A stretch of 64,000 bases of DNA from the NCBI GenBank assembly GCA_963834375.1, contig CAWIBM010000001.1, positions 69,864 through 133,863 on the forward strand. The letters are read 5' to 3'. This document shows positions 13,251-24,038 of the stretch, piece by piece (the stretch's first letter is position 1; each line of letters opens with the position of its first letter). The position numbers and the translations under genes were made by a program. Origin of the DNA: an uncultured Acidimicrobiia bacterium (lineage in GTDB: Bacteria; Actinomycetota; Acidimicrobiia; Spongiisociales; UBA5794). A model generated the notes under the pieces. That model saw only the letters and a list, made by a program, of their open reading frames with translations, had not been told where the DNA came from and did not search any database.

Positions 13251-14066
13251 GTGGAGTGCTGGCACCCGCATCATCTCGACGAGGCGCTGGAGGCATTGGA
13301 TGACGATCCGGCCGCCACCGTCCTCGCCGGGGGCACCGATGTGATGGTCGACTTGAGCTTCGGCCACCCCCACCCTGCCCATGTCATCGCCCTCCGGCGT
13401 GTGGCCGAGCTGGCCGAATGGGAGGGGGGCCGGATCGGGGCCGGGGTCACCTACCGGCGGCTCGAACGCGGCCCGTCCGGTGCGCTGGCACAGGCGGCGC
13501 GCACCGTCGGGTCACCGCAGATCCGCAACGCGGGCACCATCGGCGGCAACGTGGCCACCGCCAGCCCGGCCGGCGACACGCTGCCGGTGATCGCCGCCTG
13601 CGACGCCGCCATCGAGGTGCGCAGCCGTGGCCACGGGATTCGCCTGGTGCCATGGGGTGAGTTCTTCACCGGTGTCAAGCAGACGGCGCTGCGCCCCGGT
13701 GAGCTGGTCACCGCGGTGGTGTTCCCCGAGCCGGCGCCGGTCAGACACGAGTTCGCCAAGATCGGCGTGCGCAACGCCATGGTCATCTCGATGGTGTCGG
13801 CCTGCGTCACCCGCTCCGAGGACGGCGCGGTCACCGTCGCCCTCGGGTCGGTGGCCCCCACCCCGCTGCGGGCGACCGGGGCGGAGGCGATGATCTCCGC
13901 CGAGCCGCGCCCGGGTGCCGCCGCCCTGGCCGAGTTCGCCCGCCTCGTTTCCGAGGAGGTGCGCCCCATCACCGACCACCGTGGCACCGCCGGCTACCGC
14001 CGCCACGCCTCCGGCGTGCTCGCCCGCCGCCTGCTCGAGCGCTGCTTGGAAGATGGCCGCCAGTGA
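13251..14066 (+). CDS. Molybdenum hydroxylase FAD-binding subunit (CoxM/XdhB-like)
   Basis: Intact 271 aa: VLAGGTDVMVDL, SPQIRNAGTIGGNVATASPAGD, and C-terminal ITDHRGTAGYRRH. GGAGGGA SD precedes GTG 13251. Confidence 0.85.
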   Translation: MECWHPHHLDEALEALDDDPAATVLAGGTDVMVDLSFGHPHPAHVIALRRVAELAEWEGGRIGAGVTYRRLERGPSGALAQAARTVGSPQIRNAGTIGGNVATASPAGDTLPVIAACDAAIEVRSRGHGIRLVPWGEFFTGVKQTALRPGELVTAVVFPEPAPVRHEFAKIGVRNAMVISMVSACVTRSEDGAVTVALGSVAPTPLRATGAEAMISAEPRPGAAALAEFARLVSEEVRPITDHRGTAGYRRHASGVLARRLLERCLEDGRQ

Positions 14067-14564
14067 GCCGGACACGATGAGGATCGCGCTGACGGTGAAC
14101 GGGGAGGACCGCTCCGCCGACGTCCGCGGCGCCGAGAGCCTCCTCACCGTGCTGCGCGAGGAGCTGGCGTTGCTCGGGTCGAAGAACGCCTGTGAGCACG
14201 GCGAGTGCGGATCGTGCTCGGTGGTGCTCGACGGCGACCTGGTGTGCGCCTGCCTGGTGATGGCGGCCGACGCCGACGGGTCGACGGTGCGCACCGTCGA
14301 GGGCTACGCCGTCGGTGAAGCGTTGCACCCGGTCCAGCAGGCCTTGCTCGACCACGGGGGGGTCCAGTGCGGCTTCTGCACCCCCGGCTTCGTGGTGGCT
14401 GCCGCCGAGCTGTTCGACGAGGACCCCACGCCTCGCCCGACGTGTTGCGCGAAGAGCTGGCGGGCAACGTGTGCCGCTGCACCGGCTACGGCGCCATCCT
14501 GCGAGGGCTGGAGGAACTTGCCGCCCGCAACGCGGCAGACGCCGGCGGTGGGCCTGCGGCGTGA
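14053..14564 (+). pseudogene. Molybdenum hydroxylase [2Fe-2S] subunit (CoxS/XdhC-type small subunit), one frameshift near 14430
   Basis: MRIALTVNGEDRS, CEHGECGSCSV, QCGFCTPGF, then in another frame NVCRCTGYGAIL. Confidence 0.8.
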
Positions 14565-16803
14565 CCACCGACGCCCCCACCCGCACCGAGATCGCCGACG
14601 CCGTCGGCACCTCGGCGGCCGCCCCGACGGCGATCCCCAAGGTCGATCGGCAACTTCGCCTACTCGTCCGACATCTCGGCGCCGGGGATGCTGTGGGGGG
14701 CGACGCTGCGCAGCCCGCACGCCCACGCCCGGGTGGCCGCGTCTCGACGTCGCCCCGGCGCTCCGGGTGCCCGGCGTGTCCACGGTGCTCACCATCGACG
14801 ATGTCCCCGGGGCCAGTCGCTTTGGCCTGGAGCACGCCGACCAGCCGGTGCTCGCCGACGGCGTCACCCGCTTCTGGGGCGAGCCGGTGGCGATCGTCGC
14901 CGCCGACGACATCGAGGACGCCCGCCGCGGCGGTGGCCGCGATCGACGTCCGCTACGAACCGCTCGAACCTCTGGTCGACGCCGAGGAGGCGGTGTCCCG
15001 GGCGGCGAGGTGTTCCGGAGCATCAACGTCCGGACGGGGCGATCCGGCGGTGACCGGGGCAGTGGTCGTCGAGGGGACCTACGAGGTGGGGATGCAGGAT
15101 CAGGCGCCGCTCGGCCCCGAGTCGGGGATGGCCGTGCCCGACGGGCAAGGAGGGGTCGACCTGTACGTGGCGACCCAGTGGACCCACACCGACCACGCCC
15201 AGATCGTCGCCTGCCTGGGGATCGCCGAGGACCAGGTGCGGGTGCACCATGCCGGCATCGGCGGCGCCTTCGGGGCGCGCGAGGACGTGTCGCTGCAGAT
15301 CCACCTGTGCCTGCTCGCCCTGGCCACCGGTCGCCCGGTGAAGATGGTCTACGACCGGAAGGAGAGCTTCGTCGGCCACGTGCACCGCCACCCGGCGCGG
15401 ATGTGGTACCGCCACGAGGCCACACCCGACGGGGACCTGGTCAGGGTCGGCGCCCGGATGGTGTTCGACGGCGGCGCCTACGCCTCGTCGAGCACCGCGG
15501 TGGTGGCCAACGCCTCGTACTTCGCCGTCGGGCCCGTACCGGTGCGACAACGTGTTCGTCGAGTCGCACGTCACCAGGACGAACAACCCTCCGTGCGGCG
15601 CCATGCGGGGCTTCGGCGCGGTGCAGGCATGCTTCGGGCACGAGGCGCAGATGGACCGGCTCGCCGAGGCGTCTGGGGATGGACCCGATCGAGCTGAGGC
15701 TGCGCAACGCCCTCGCCCCCGGTGACCGCCATGCCGACCACCGGCCAGGTGATCCGAGGGATCGCTGCCGACCGCCCGGGTGATCGAGGAGTTGCGGGCG
15801 ATGCCGTTGCCGCCGGCTGCCGAGCCGACCCATGCGCTCCACCTGCCCGGTGGAACCGGGCTCACCACCGACCCCGGTGACGTGCGGCGTGGCGTGGGGC
15901 ACGCCGTCAGCCTGAAGAACCTCGCCTTCTCGGAAGGGTTCGACGACTTCGCCGAGGTGCGGGTGACGATCACCGCCGCCGGGGTCGAGGTCCACACCGC
16001 CGCCGCCGAGGTCGGGACAGGGGCTGGTCACCGCTCTGCCAGCAGATCGCCCGGACCGTGCTCGGCATCCAGTCCAGGTGGCAGTGGTCTTCGACGACAC
16101 GTCGTCGATCGGGTCGGCCGGGTCGACCTCGGCGTCACGGCAGACCCAGATGACCGGCGGAGGGGTGGAGGCGGTCGGCCACCGAGCTGCGGCGGATGAT
16201 CCTCGACGCCCACGGCGGCGACGACCTCGACGACGCCGGGGTGTGGCGCAACGGCGAGTTGGTGGTGCCGCTTGGCCGCCTCGCCAGGGTCGGTCCGGCG
16301 ACCCACCACCTCGGTTCCGGCACCCACCCACCGACACCCCGGACGGCGACGGCCAGGGCGACCTCCACGTCGACTTCGCCGTTGCCGCCCACCGGGCGGT
16401 GGTCGACGTCGACATCGAGCTCGGCCTGCTCAGGGTGGTGGCGGTGGACACCGTGCAGGACGTCGGCAGCGTGCTCAACCCGGCGGCGCTGCTCGGGCAG
16501 GTGGAAGGCGGGATCATGCAGGGCGTCGGGCTGGCGGTGATGGAGGAGCTGGTGCTCGACCACGGGGTGATCCGCAACGCCAGCTTCACCGACTACCTGC
16601 TGCCCACCTTCGCCGACGCCCCCTCGGTGACCGCCGGCTTCGTCGAGGAGCCGAGCCACTTCGGCCCCTTCGGCGCCAAGGGCGCCGGAGAGCCGCCCAC
16701 CATCTCCTCGACCGCGGCCATCGCCGCCGCCATCCGCGACGCCACCGGGCTGCCGATGGCCCGGGTGCCGGTGAGGCCCGACGACATAGCATTGGCGACG
16801 TGA
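14561..16803 (+). pseudogene. Molybdenum hydroxylase molybdopterin-binding large subunit (CoxL/XdhA-like), many frameshifts
   Basis: GTGA overlap at 14561. Fragments: LRSPHAHARV, VLTIDDVPG, FWGEPVAIVAADD, VEGTYEVGMQDQAPLGPE, HHAGIGGAFGAREDV, MVFDGGAYASSS, LNPAALLGQVEGGIMQGVGLAVMEE, FGAKGAGEPPT. Confidence 0.8.
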
Positions 16804-16825
16804 CCACTGGAGGCCGGATGATCGG

Positions 16826-17230
16826 ATGGACGGCATGATCGGATGGGTAGCGGACATCGAACGGTTGACCCTGGAAAACGACACCTTTCGCACCGTCGTC
16901 CACACCGGCGAGCACGCCCAGCTGGTGGTGATGCGGCTCCTCCCGGGTGAGGAGATCGGCTGGGAGCGGCACGGCCATCTCGACCAGTTCATCCGCCTGG
17001 AGCAGGGCACGGCCCGGCTCGACCTGGGCCGGACCGCCGACGCCGTCGACGAGCAGCACGAGGTCGCCGCCGACTGGGCCTTCATCGTCCCGGCCGGGAC
17101 CTGGCACAACGTGGTCAACACCGGTGCGGAGGACGTGCGGCTCTACACCGTGTACTCACCGCCCGAGCACCCGGCCGGCACCGTCCACGCCACCAAGGCG
17201 GAGGCAGACGCCGCCGAGGACGACCACTGA
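16826..17230 (+). CDS. Cupin-domain protein
   Basis: Intact 134 aa: GEEIGWERHGHLDQFIRLEQG ... IVPAGTWHNVVNTG. This is a two-motif cupin signature. Confidence 0.75.
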   Translation: MDGMIGWVADIERLTLENDTFRTVVHTGEHAQLVVMRLLPGEEIGWERHGHLDQFIRLEQGTARLDLGRTADAVDEQHEVAADWAFIVPAGTWHNVVNTGAEDVRLYTVYSPPEHPAGTVHATKAEADAAEDDH

Positions 17231-17310
17231 GACGGCATCTCGGGCGGGTCGACCGGCCCGGCCGAGCCTTCGACGGGCTACCTTGATGGTGTCGAATCGA
17301 GGGAGCCCCC

Positions 17311-17658
17311 GTGAACGAGAACCTGCGTGCCGTCGAGCGTCGTGTCCTGGCCATGCGGGCCGACGGGCTCGAGCCGGCCGAGATAGCCCATCGCCTCCGG
17401 CGGAGCCCGGAGCACGTCCAGCGGATGATCGTCTGGACCGACCTCCCGAGGAGCGGCCCTGCCCGGTCGAAGAGCACCCATGCCATCCAGGACCGGGTGC
17501 TCGCCCTTCGATCCGCCGGCGAGTCGCACGACCGCATCGCCGCCCGCTTCCACAAGACGCCACGGTTCATCCGCCAGGTGGAGGGACTGGCCCACTACCG
17601 CAAGGCGTTGGACCTCCTCGCCGTTCCCCTCACCGACAGGGTTCCCCTTCCCGACTAG
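17311..17658 (+). CDS. Small protein made of two tandem LuxR/sigma-70-region-4-like HTH repeats
   Basis: Intact 115 aa. Repeat 1: ERRVLAMRADGLEPAEIAHRLRRSPEHVQRMI. Repeat 2: QDRVLALRSAGESHDRIAARFHKTPRFIRQVE. GAGGGAG lies upstream of GTG 17311. Confidence 0.6.
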   Translation: MNENLRAVERRVLAMRADGLEPAEIAHRLRRSPEHVQRMIVWTDLPRSGPARSKSTHAIQDRVLALRSAGESHDRIAARFHKTPRFIRQVEGLAHYRKALDLLAVPLTDRVPLPD

Positions 17659-17735
17659 GCCCGGTTGCCGTTTCCGGCCGGTACTCGGAGTCGCGAAATC
17701 CCTGAATAACCGGCCCCCATCGGTACCGTTGCCCG

Positions 17736-18802
17736 ATGGTCCGTGGCGCAGTCGTCGTGCTCGCCGTCGTCCTCGTCGCCGCCTGCGGCGGTGACGACCG
17801 GACGACCGCCGAGCCCCGAACCGCTCTCACTTCGCTCGTCCAGGTCGAGACCGCGGCGACGGTGACCACCACCACCCAGCAGGCTCCGACCTCGACACCG
17901 GTTGCTCCCCGGCGAGGCCGGCTGATGGTCAGCGCCACCGGCGACGTGAACCTCGATCCTGGGTACATCCCGGAACTGGCCGCCGAGGGGTATTCGTACC
18001 CCTGGTCCGGGCTCCAGGACATGTTCAAGCCAGGATGACCTGACCGTGGTCAACCTGGAGTGCGCCGCTTCCGACCTCGGCGAGCCCGAGGCGAAGGACT
18101 TCGTGTTCCGCTGTGACCCCGAGGCCCTCGACGAGATGGCGGCCGCCGGCGTCGAGGTGGCCAACCTGGGCAACAACCACTCCGGCGACTACGGCAAGGA
18201 GGCGCTGGTCGACTCGGTGCGCCAGGTCGAGGCCGATGGCATGGCGGCGGTGGGCGCCGGCGTCGACTCCGCGCAGGCCCACCGGGCAGCGGTCTTCGAC
18301 ATCGACGGCTGGACGGTGGCGGTGGTCGGGTTCGGCGGGGTGTACCCGACCCTCGACTGGTTCGCCACCGAGGACCGGCCGGGGATGGCCGACGGCGACA
18401 CCGTGGAAACCATGGTGGCGACGGTCGAGGCCGCCGATGCCGTGGCCGACATCGTGCTGGTCACCATCCACTGGGGGGTCGAGCTGGATACCGCTCCCCG
18501 ACCGGGCGACCGGGAGCGCGCCGAAGCGCTGGTCGCCGCCGGCGCCGACGCCATCTTCGGGCACCACGCCCACCGCCTGCAGCCGCTGGAGCTGGTCGAC
18601 GGCGTGCCGGTGTTCTGGGGGCTGGGCAACTTCGTGTGGCCGATCAACTCACCCGAGGGGGCGACGACCGGCATCGCCCAGGTGGTGTTCCGGCCGGACG
18701 GCGGCGTCACCGCCTGCCTGCTGCCGGTGGTCATCGAACGAGCCCGGTCACCCGGTGCTCCAGGTCGACTACGACCCGGCCAGGCCCTGCGCCGACTCCT
18801 GA
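17736..18802 (+). pseudogene. CapA-family (poly-gamma-glutamate capsule synthesis / metallophosphatase-like) lipoprotein, 2 frameshifts (about 18035 and 18740)
   Basis: [21 protein letters not shown] lipobox, then VNLECA, ANLGNNHSGDYG, IVLVTIHWGVE, AIFGHHAHRLQP, FWGLGNFVW. Confidence 0.8.
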
Positions 18803-19166
18803 AACCGGCGGCGGCCCGTAGCACCGGCAGATGCAGATCGCATAGGATCGGCCAGCGGCAGGTGGCGAGCTCATCGGGAGGTAGAGCATGGCGAAGAGTC
18901 GGGACAGGCCCCGCAGCGAGAAGAAGCGCAAGGTGAAGGCCAAGCCGTCGAAGCGGCAGCCCGGTTCGCCCGGGACGGCGCCGCCGACACCACCCACCCC
19001 GAGTTAGCTCCACCTGGCCACCGGCGCGGCCGGTCACCAGCGGGTGAGCGGCCCGGCCACGCCGAACCGGCCGATTGGCCGGTCGGGGGGAGTGCCCTCC
19101 TAGACTCCCGGCCACTTCTGTGCCCGGGACGACAGGCGCCCGGGTTCGACTCACCACGAGGGACCC

Positions 19167-21532
19167 GTGTCACCAATACTTGCCGCGGAAGGCGGCTACC
19201 AGGCGTTCGAGCTGCTCGGCGGCGAGTGGTTCATCCTCATCGGGTCGGCCATCACCGCCCTGCTCGCCATCATGGTCGGCTTCCTGCTGATGCAGGGCGT
19301 GCTGCGCAAGGACGAGGGCACCCCGAAGATGATCGAGATCGCCCGCGCCATCCAGGAGGGGGCGCTTGCCTACCTGAAGCGGCAGTTCCGCACCATCGCC
19401 TTCATCCTGATCCCGCTGACCGTCATCGTGTTCATCACCTCGACGGCGGTGGTCCGCCCCGACGGCACCGAGGCGCTCAGCTTCGCCGCCTCCGGGTTCT
19501 GGCGCACCGTCGCCTTCCTGGCCGGCTGCCTCATGTCCGGTCTCACCGGCTACATCGGGATGGGCCTGGCGGTGCGGGGCAACGTGCGCACCGCCGCCGC
19601 CGCCCGCGACGGCAAGCTGGCCCCGGCGCTCGAGGTCGCCTTCCGCACCGGCGGGGTGGCCGGCATGTTCTGCGTCGGGCTGGGACTCATCGGCGCCACC
19701 GTGATCATGATGGTGTTCCAGAACACCTCGGCGGCGATCCTCATCGGGTTCGGGTTCGGCGGCTCGCTGCTCGCCCTGTTCCTCCGGGTCGGCGGTGGCA
19801 TCTTCACCAAGGCGGCGGACGTCGGCGCCGACCTGGTGGGCAAGGTCGAGGAGGGCATCCCCGAGGACGACCCACGCAACCCGGCCACCATCGCCGACAA
19901 CGTCGGAGACAACGTCGGTGACTGCGCCGGGATGGCTGCCGACCTGTTCGAGTCGTACGAGGTGACCCTGGTCGCCTCGATCATCCTCGGGGTTCCCGCC
20001 TTCCAGTCGATCTTCCCCGATCAGCCCCAGCTGTGGGCGATCGGTGCCTTGTTCCCGCTGGCCGCCCGCGCCATCGGGGTGCTCGCCTCCATCGTCGGGG
20101 TGTTCGCGGTCGCGCGCCAGACGACGACGACCGCTCGGCGCTGGCCCCGATCAACCGCGGCTTCCTCACCGCCGGGATCCTGACCGTGCTCGGCACCCTG
20201 GTGCTCGCCTTCATCTACGTCGGGCAACCCGGAAGGCAGCATCACCAACATCGGATGGCGGATGTTCGGCGCCGTCGTCATCGGGCTCGTCCTCGCCCAG
20301 GTGGTGAGCCGGATCACCGAGTACTTCACGTCCACCGAGACGGCCCCCGTGCAGGAGATCGCCGAGGCCACCGCCGGCGGTCCCGCCACCACGGTGTTGG
20401 CGGGCACGTCGTCGGGCATGGAATCGTCGGTGTGGGCGATCATCGCCGTCGCCGGAGCCCTCGGAGTCGCCATCGCCTTCGGTGGGGGCAACATCCAGTT
20501 CTCGCTCTACCTCGTGGCCCTGACCGGCATGGGGATGCTGGCCACCACCGGCGTCGTGGTCTCCGAGGACACCTTCGGCCCGGTCGCCGACAACGCCGCC
20601 GGCATCGCCGAGATGTCCGGCGAGTTCGGCGGCGAGGCGCGAGAAGGTGATGGTCGGGCTCGACGCGGTGGGCAACACCACCAAGGCGGTGACCAAGGGG
20701 TTCGCCATCGGCTCGGCGGTGATAGCCGCCGTCGCCCTGTTCGCCAGCTTCGTCGAGATCATCGGCAACCAGACGTTGGGGGTCAGCTTCCTCGAGGAGG
20801 CGCAACGGGCGGGCGAGACCGTGTTCGACCACGTGTTCATCAACGTGGCCGATCCCCGGGTATTCATCGGCCTGCTGATCGGCGGCGCCGTGCCCTTCCT
20901 GTTCTCCTCCCTGGCGATTCGGGCGGTGGGCCGCACCGCCGGGGTCGTGGTCCAGGAGGTCCGCCGCCAGTTCGCCGACGGCAAGATCATGAGCCGGCGA
21001 GCGTCGTCCCGACTACGGGCCGGTCATCGACATCTGCACCACCGCCTCGCTCCGGGAGCTGGCCACCCCGGCGCTGCTGGCGGTGCTCACCCCGGTGATC
21101 GTCGGGTTCGGCATCGACAAGTTCGCCCTCGGCGCCTTCCTGGCGGCGGTCATCCTGGTGGGCCAGCTGATGGCCAACTACATGTCGAACGCCGGTGGTG
21201 CCTGGGACAACGCCAAGAAGTACATCGAAGAGGGGCAACTACGGCGGGAAAGGGCTCCGACGCCCACAAGGCGGCGGTCATCGGCGACACCGTCGGCGAC
21301 CCCTTCAAGGACACCGCCGGACCGGCGCTCAACCCGCTGATCAAGGTGATGAACCTCGTGTCACTGCTCATCCTCCCGGTGGTGATCACCCTCGAGGACA
21401 ACAACGCCGCCCGGTACGCCATCGCCGGCGCCGCCCTGCTGGTGCTCGGCGTCGGCCGTCGCCTTCTCCAAGCGCAAGGCAGCCGGGCTGGGCGCGTCCG
21501 AGATGCCCGAGGTGAGCGTCACCTCGCAGTGA
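19167..21532 (+). pseudogene. hppA: Membrane-bound H+-translocating pyrophosphatase, at least 6 frameshifts
   Basis: [110 protein letters not shown]. The fragments are spread over three frames. Confidence 0.9.
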
Positions 21533-21543
21533 GAGCCTGACCG

Positions 21544-22180
21544 ATGGGCGACCTGCTCGGCGACCTCGGCACATGGGCGGTCGACGTGATCGATCGTCTC
21601 GGCTATGCCGGCCTCGCCTTCCTGGTCGCCCTGGAGAACGTCTTCCCGCCCGATCCCGTCCGAGATCATCCTGCCCCTGGCGGGGTTCCTCACCGGGGAA
21701 GGCCGGATGAACTACTTCATCGCCCTCCTCGCCGCCACGGCCGGCTCGGTCGTCGGTGCCCTCGTCCTGTACTGGGTCGGCTACGCCTTCGGCGAGACAA
21801 GGGTGCGCGCCATCGTTGACCGGCGGGGCAAGTGGATCCGGCTCGACCAGTCGGACATCGACCGGGCCGACGCCTGGTTCGACCGCCACGGTGCCATCGC
21901 CGTCATGGCGTGCCGGGTGGTGCCGATCGTGCGCAGCCTGATCTCGATACCCGGCCGGGCTGCGCAGGATGCCGCTCGGCCGGTTCGTCCTCTACACCGC
22001 CATCGGGAGCGCCGTCTGGAACGCCGTGCTGATCGGAGCCGGATGGGTGCTCGGTGACAACTGGGAGGCGGTCGAGGGCTACGTCGGGTACCTGCAGTAC
22101 GTCGTGCTCGCCGTCGCCGCCGTCGCCTGGCCTGGTGGGTCTGGGTGCGGTTCGTCCACCCCCGCTCCACGCAGGCCTGA
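21544..22180 (+). pseudogene. DedA-family membrane protein, about 3 frameshifts
   Basis: GYAGLAFLVALENVFPPIPSEIILPLAGF, WFDRHGAIAVMACRVVPIVRSLISIP, GRFVLYTAIGSAVWNAVLIGAGW. The likely end is ...WWVWVRFVHPRSTQA* at 22180. Confidence 0.8.
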
Positions 22181-22195
22181 TCGACCAGGATCTGG

Positions 22196-22250
22196 CAGAA
22201 CCTGTAAGGAACCTTGACAGGGCGGAGCGCGAGAACCTAGCTTCGGAGTG
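22196..22250. repeat. Possible degenerate, compact relative of the palindromic element at 8111 and 52532
   Basis: GAACCTGTAAGGAACCTTGACAGGGCGGAGCGCGAGAACCTAGCTTCGG aligns by eye with CGAACCTGAGGTTCCTGACGTATCGCTCCGATA...GAACCTCAGGTTCG. The box centre is GAG instead of CTC. Confidence 0.35.
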
Positions 22251-22277
22251 TCTCGCCAGGCCGCATGGAGGTCAGCC

Positions 22278-23248
22278 ATGCGACTCACCCGTCGACAGGT
22301 CCTGAGGCTGGCAGCTGCGCAAGGTGTGCTGCTGTCGCTCCCTCGTGCCGCGGTGGCGATGGCGCGGGTGAGCCCCGGGGACGGGTTCGTCGGCGCCGTC
22401 CGCGCTCGACGATGAGCTCGCCGTCGCCTCGACGACGAGGCGCCGGGCGTCCCGCATCGACTTCTATTCCGCCCAAAGCGGCGCCCGGACCCGTCGGGCG
22501 CGTGAACATCCCGGAACCTCTGGTGGTCGGCGCCATCGCATCGCTTCGCCGGGAGGCTGCTCGTGGGTGGCCACTCGCTGCGTCGAGGGCCCGCTCGAGA
22601 AGTTGCGGGCCGGCGACTACCGGAAGGTGATGGAGGACAGCGGCGAGCCGGCCGAAGCCTTCTCCGACTTCCCCCGCGGCCGGATCGTGACCCGTGACTA
22701 CGACCTGATCCCGTGGGTGGCCACCATGGCGGCCGGCGACACCGGGCTGGGCGCCCCGACCGACATGTCGCACCTGCGCGGCGCGGTCCGTGGGTTCACC
22801 CCCAACGGTGCCGAACCGGCGGTGTGGGTGGCCATCTGCCCCGAGGCGGCAACCTTCTCCGCCCTCGCGGTGCGTGCCTACCGGGGGCCCGAGGGAAGCT
22901 GAGATCACGGAGCTGTCACTGGTCACCGGGGATGTCGACGTGGCCTCCCTGCTGTCGGTGAGCGACGGCACGACCGCCATGGTCTCCTCCAACGACCACG
23001 GGCTGGCCCGCTTGTGGGAGGTGACCGGGGAGAGCCGTCGCGAGCTCCGGCTCCCCGAGGAGTCGACCACCCGGTCGGTGGTGCAGCTGCTGGTGGTCGA
23101 CGCGGGCGTACCACGTGATCACCGCCGACCACGAGGACGGCGCCGTCCGGCAGTGGCGGCGCACCGGGACCCGCTGGTCCCGGGTGGCGGAGGAGCAGCG
23201 CAACCTGGTCGCCGCCGGCGAGGTCGAGCTGGAGATGCCCAACCGATG
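22278..23248 (+). pseudogene. Tat-signal exported protein of unknown function (WD-like C-terminal repeats), about 5 frameshifts
   Basis: GGAGG lies 7 nt before ATG. MRLTRRQVLRLAAAQGVLLSLPRAAVA is a twin-arginine motif. Later fragments: CVEGPLEKLRAGDYRKVMEDSGEP...AVWVAICPEAATF, SNDHGLARLWEV, HEDGAVRQWRRTG. I recognised no family. Confidence 0.5.
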
Positions 23249-23270
23249 ACGGCGTCGGGCCCCGCAGGGG

Positions 23271-24034
23271 ATGTCTGCGATGGTCTGCTTCAACACCCCG
23301 ACCTACGCCGACCGCAACCTGCTCAACACGACCACCCGGAGCACGATCGGCGGCTACCCCATCAAGTACGAGGGGAGCGGCGGGTGCACGGTGAGCAACA
23401 CCAACGCCTACGCCTTCCACGACACGTTCGTCGGCAAGCTCGACAAGTGGATGGGCAACGTCGACCACTTCGCCGGTCATCTACGGCGGTCTCAGCCCGT
23501 CCTGGATCGGCCACATGGGCACCTACCGGGCCTTCTCCGGCAACCCCTCGTGGCACTACCGGGCTCGGGCGTGGGACATCTCGTCGATCACCTGGACCAA
23601 CGGGACCACGCTCGACATGTGCAACGGCGCGCACGCCTCGTCGAGCCTGACCACCCGGCGGCGCTACCTGGCGGTGGAGGCGCTGCTCCGACGGCACTTC
23701 CGGACGGTGCTCAACGGCTACTACAACGCCGACCACGAGAACCACTTCCATGTCGACAACGGTTGCCAGGTGGAGCCGCTGAGGAAGACCCTGCGCTCCC
23801 ACACCCTCTTCATCCAACTGGTCGCCAACAACTTCATGTCCCGATCCATCAACGTCGACGGGACCTGGGGGACCACGGTCGAAGCCGCCTACCAGGACAT
23901 GAAGGACGTGATGGGGTTGGGTTGCCTGCAGTCCGCGGTCGAACCTCGCCGACTTCACGATCTTCCTCAACTACATCGCCCGCCACGGGTTCTCCAACCA
24001 CTCGCTGGGCGTGTACAAGTACCCGCATTGCTGA
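23271..24034 (+). pseudogene. Extensin-like_C / LAS-superfamily (HxH zinc-peptidase-like) domain protein with a PG-binding-like repeat, 2 frameshifts (about 23480 and 23940)
   Basis: SWHYRARAWDISSITWTNG parallels the SEHxxGxAxDIxGF motif. FRTVLNGYYNADHENHFHVD parallels the F.TVLGP..N..H.DHFHLD motif of Extensin-like_C. INVDGTWGTTVEAAYQ resembles PG_binding_1 (DGxFGxxTxxAV). Confidence 0.55.
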
Positions 24035-24038
24035 TCCG

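Noticed and set aside
9785-13344. Very long plus-strand ORFs (9785..11734, 649 aa; 11473..13344, 623 aa) lie opposite the ABC importer genes. Similar giants are 6517..7914 (upstream part), 46357..48066, 25103..28243, 52204..54093 and 54325..56454.
   Set aside because: Their translations are Arg/Pro/Gly/Ala-rich low-complexity strings with no recognisable motifs. They run antisense to, or out of frame with, genes that have strong family signatures. Such shadow or read-through ORFs are expected at about 70% G+C. Where a part of one is real (for example the cupredoxin at 6517..6987), only that part is reported.
19125-19166. A tRNA-like T-arm string, GGGTTCGACTC, lies upstream of hppA.
   Set aside because: The flanking sequence cannot form the T-stem (CCGGG versus CACCA). 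I could build no acceptor, D or anticodon arm. I found no tRNA or rRNA gene anywhere in the window.
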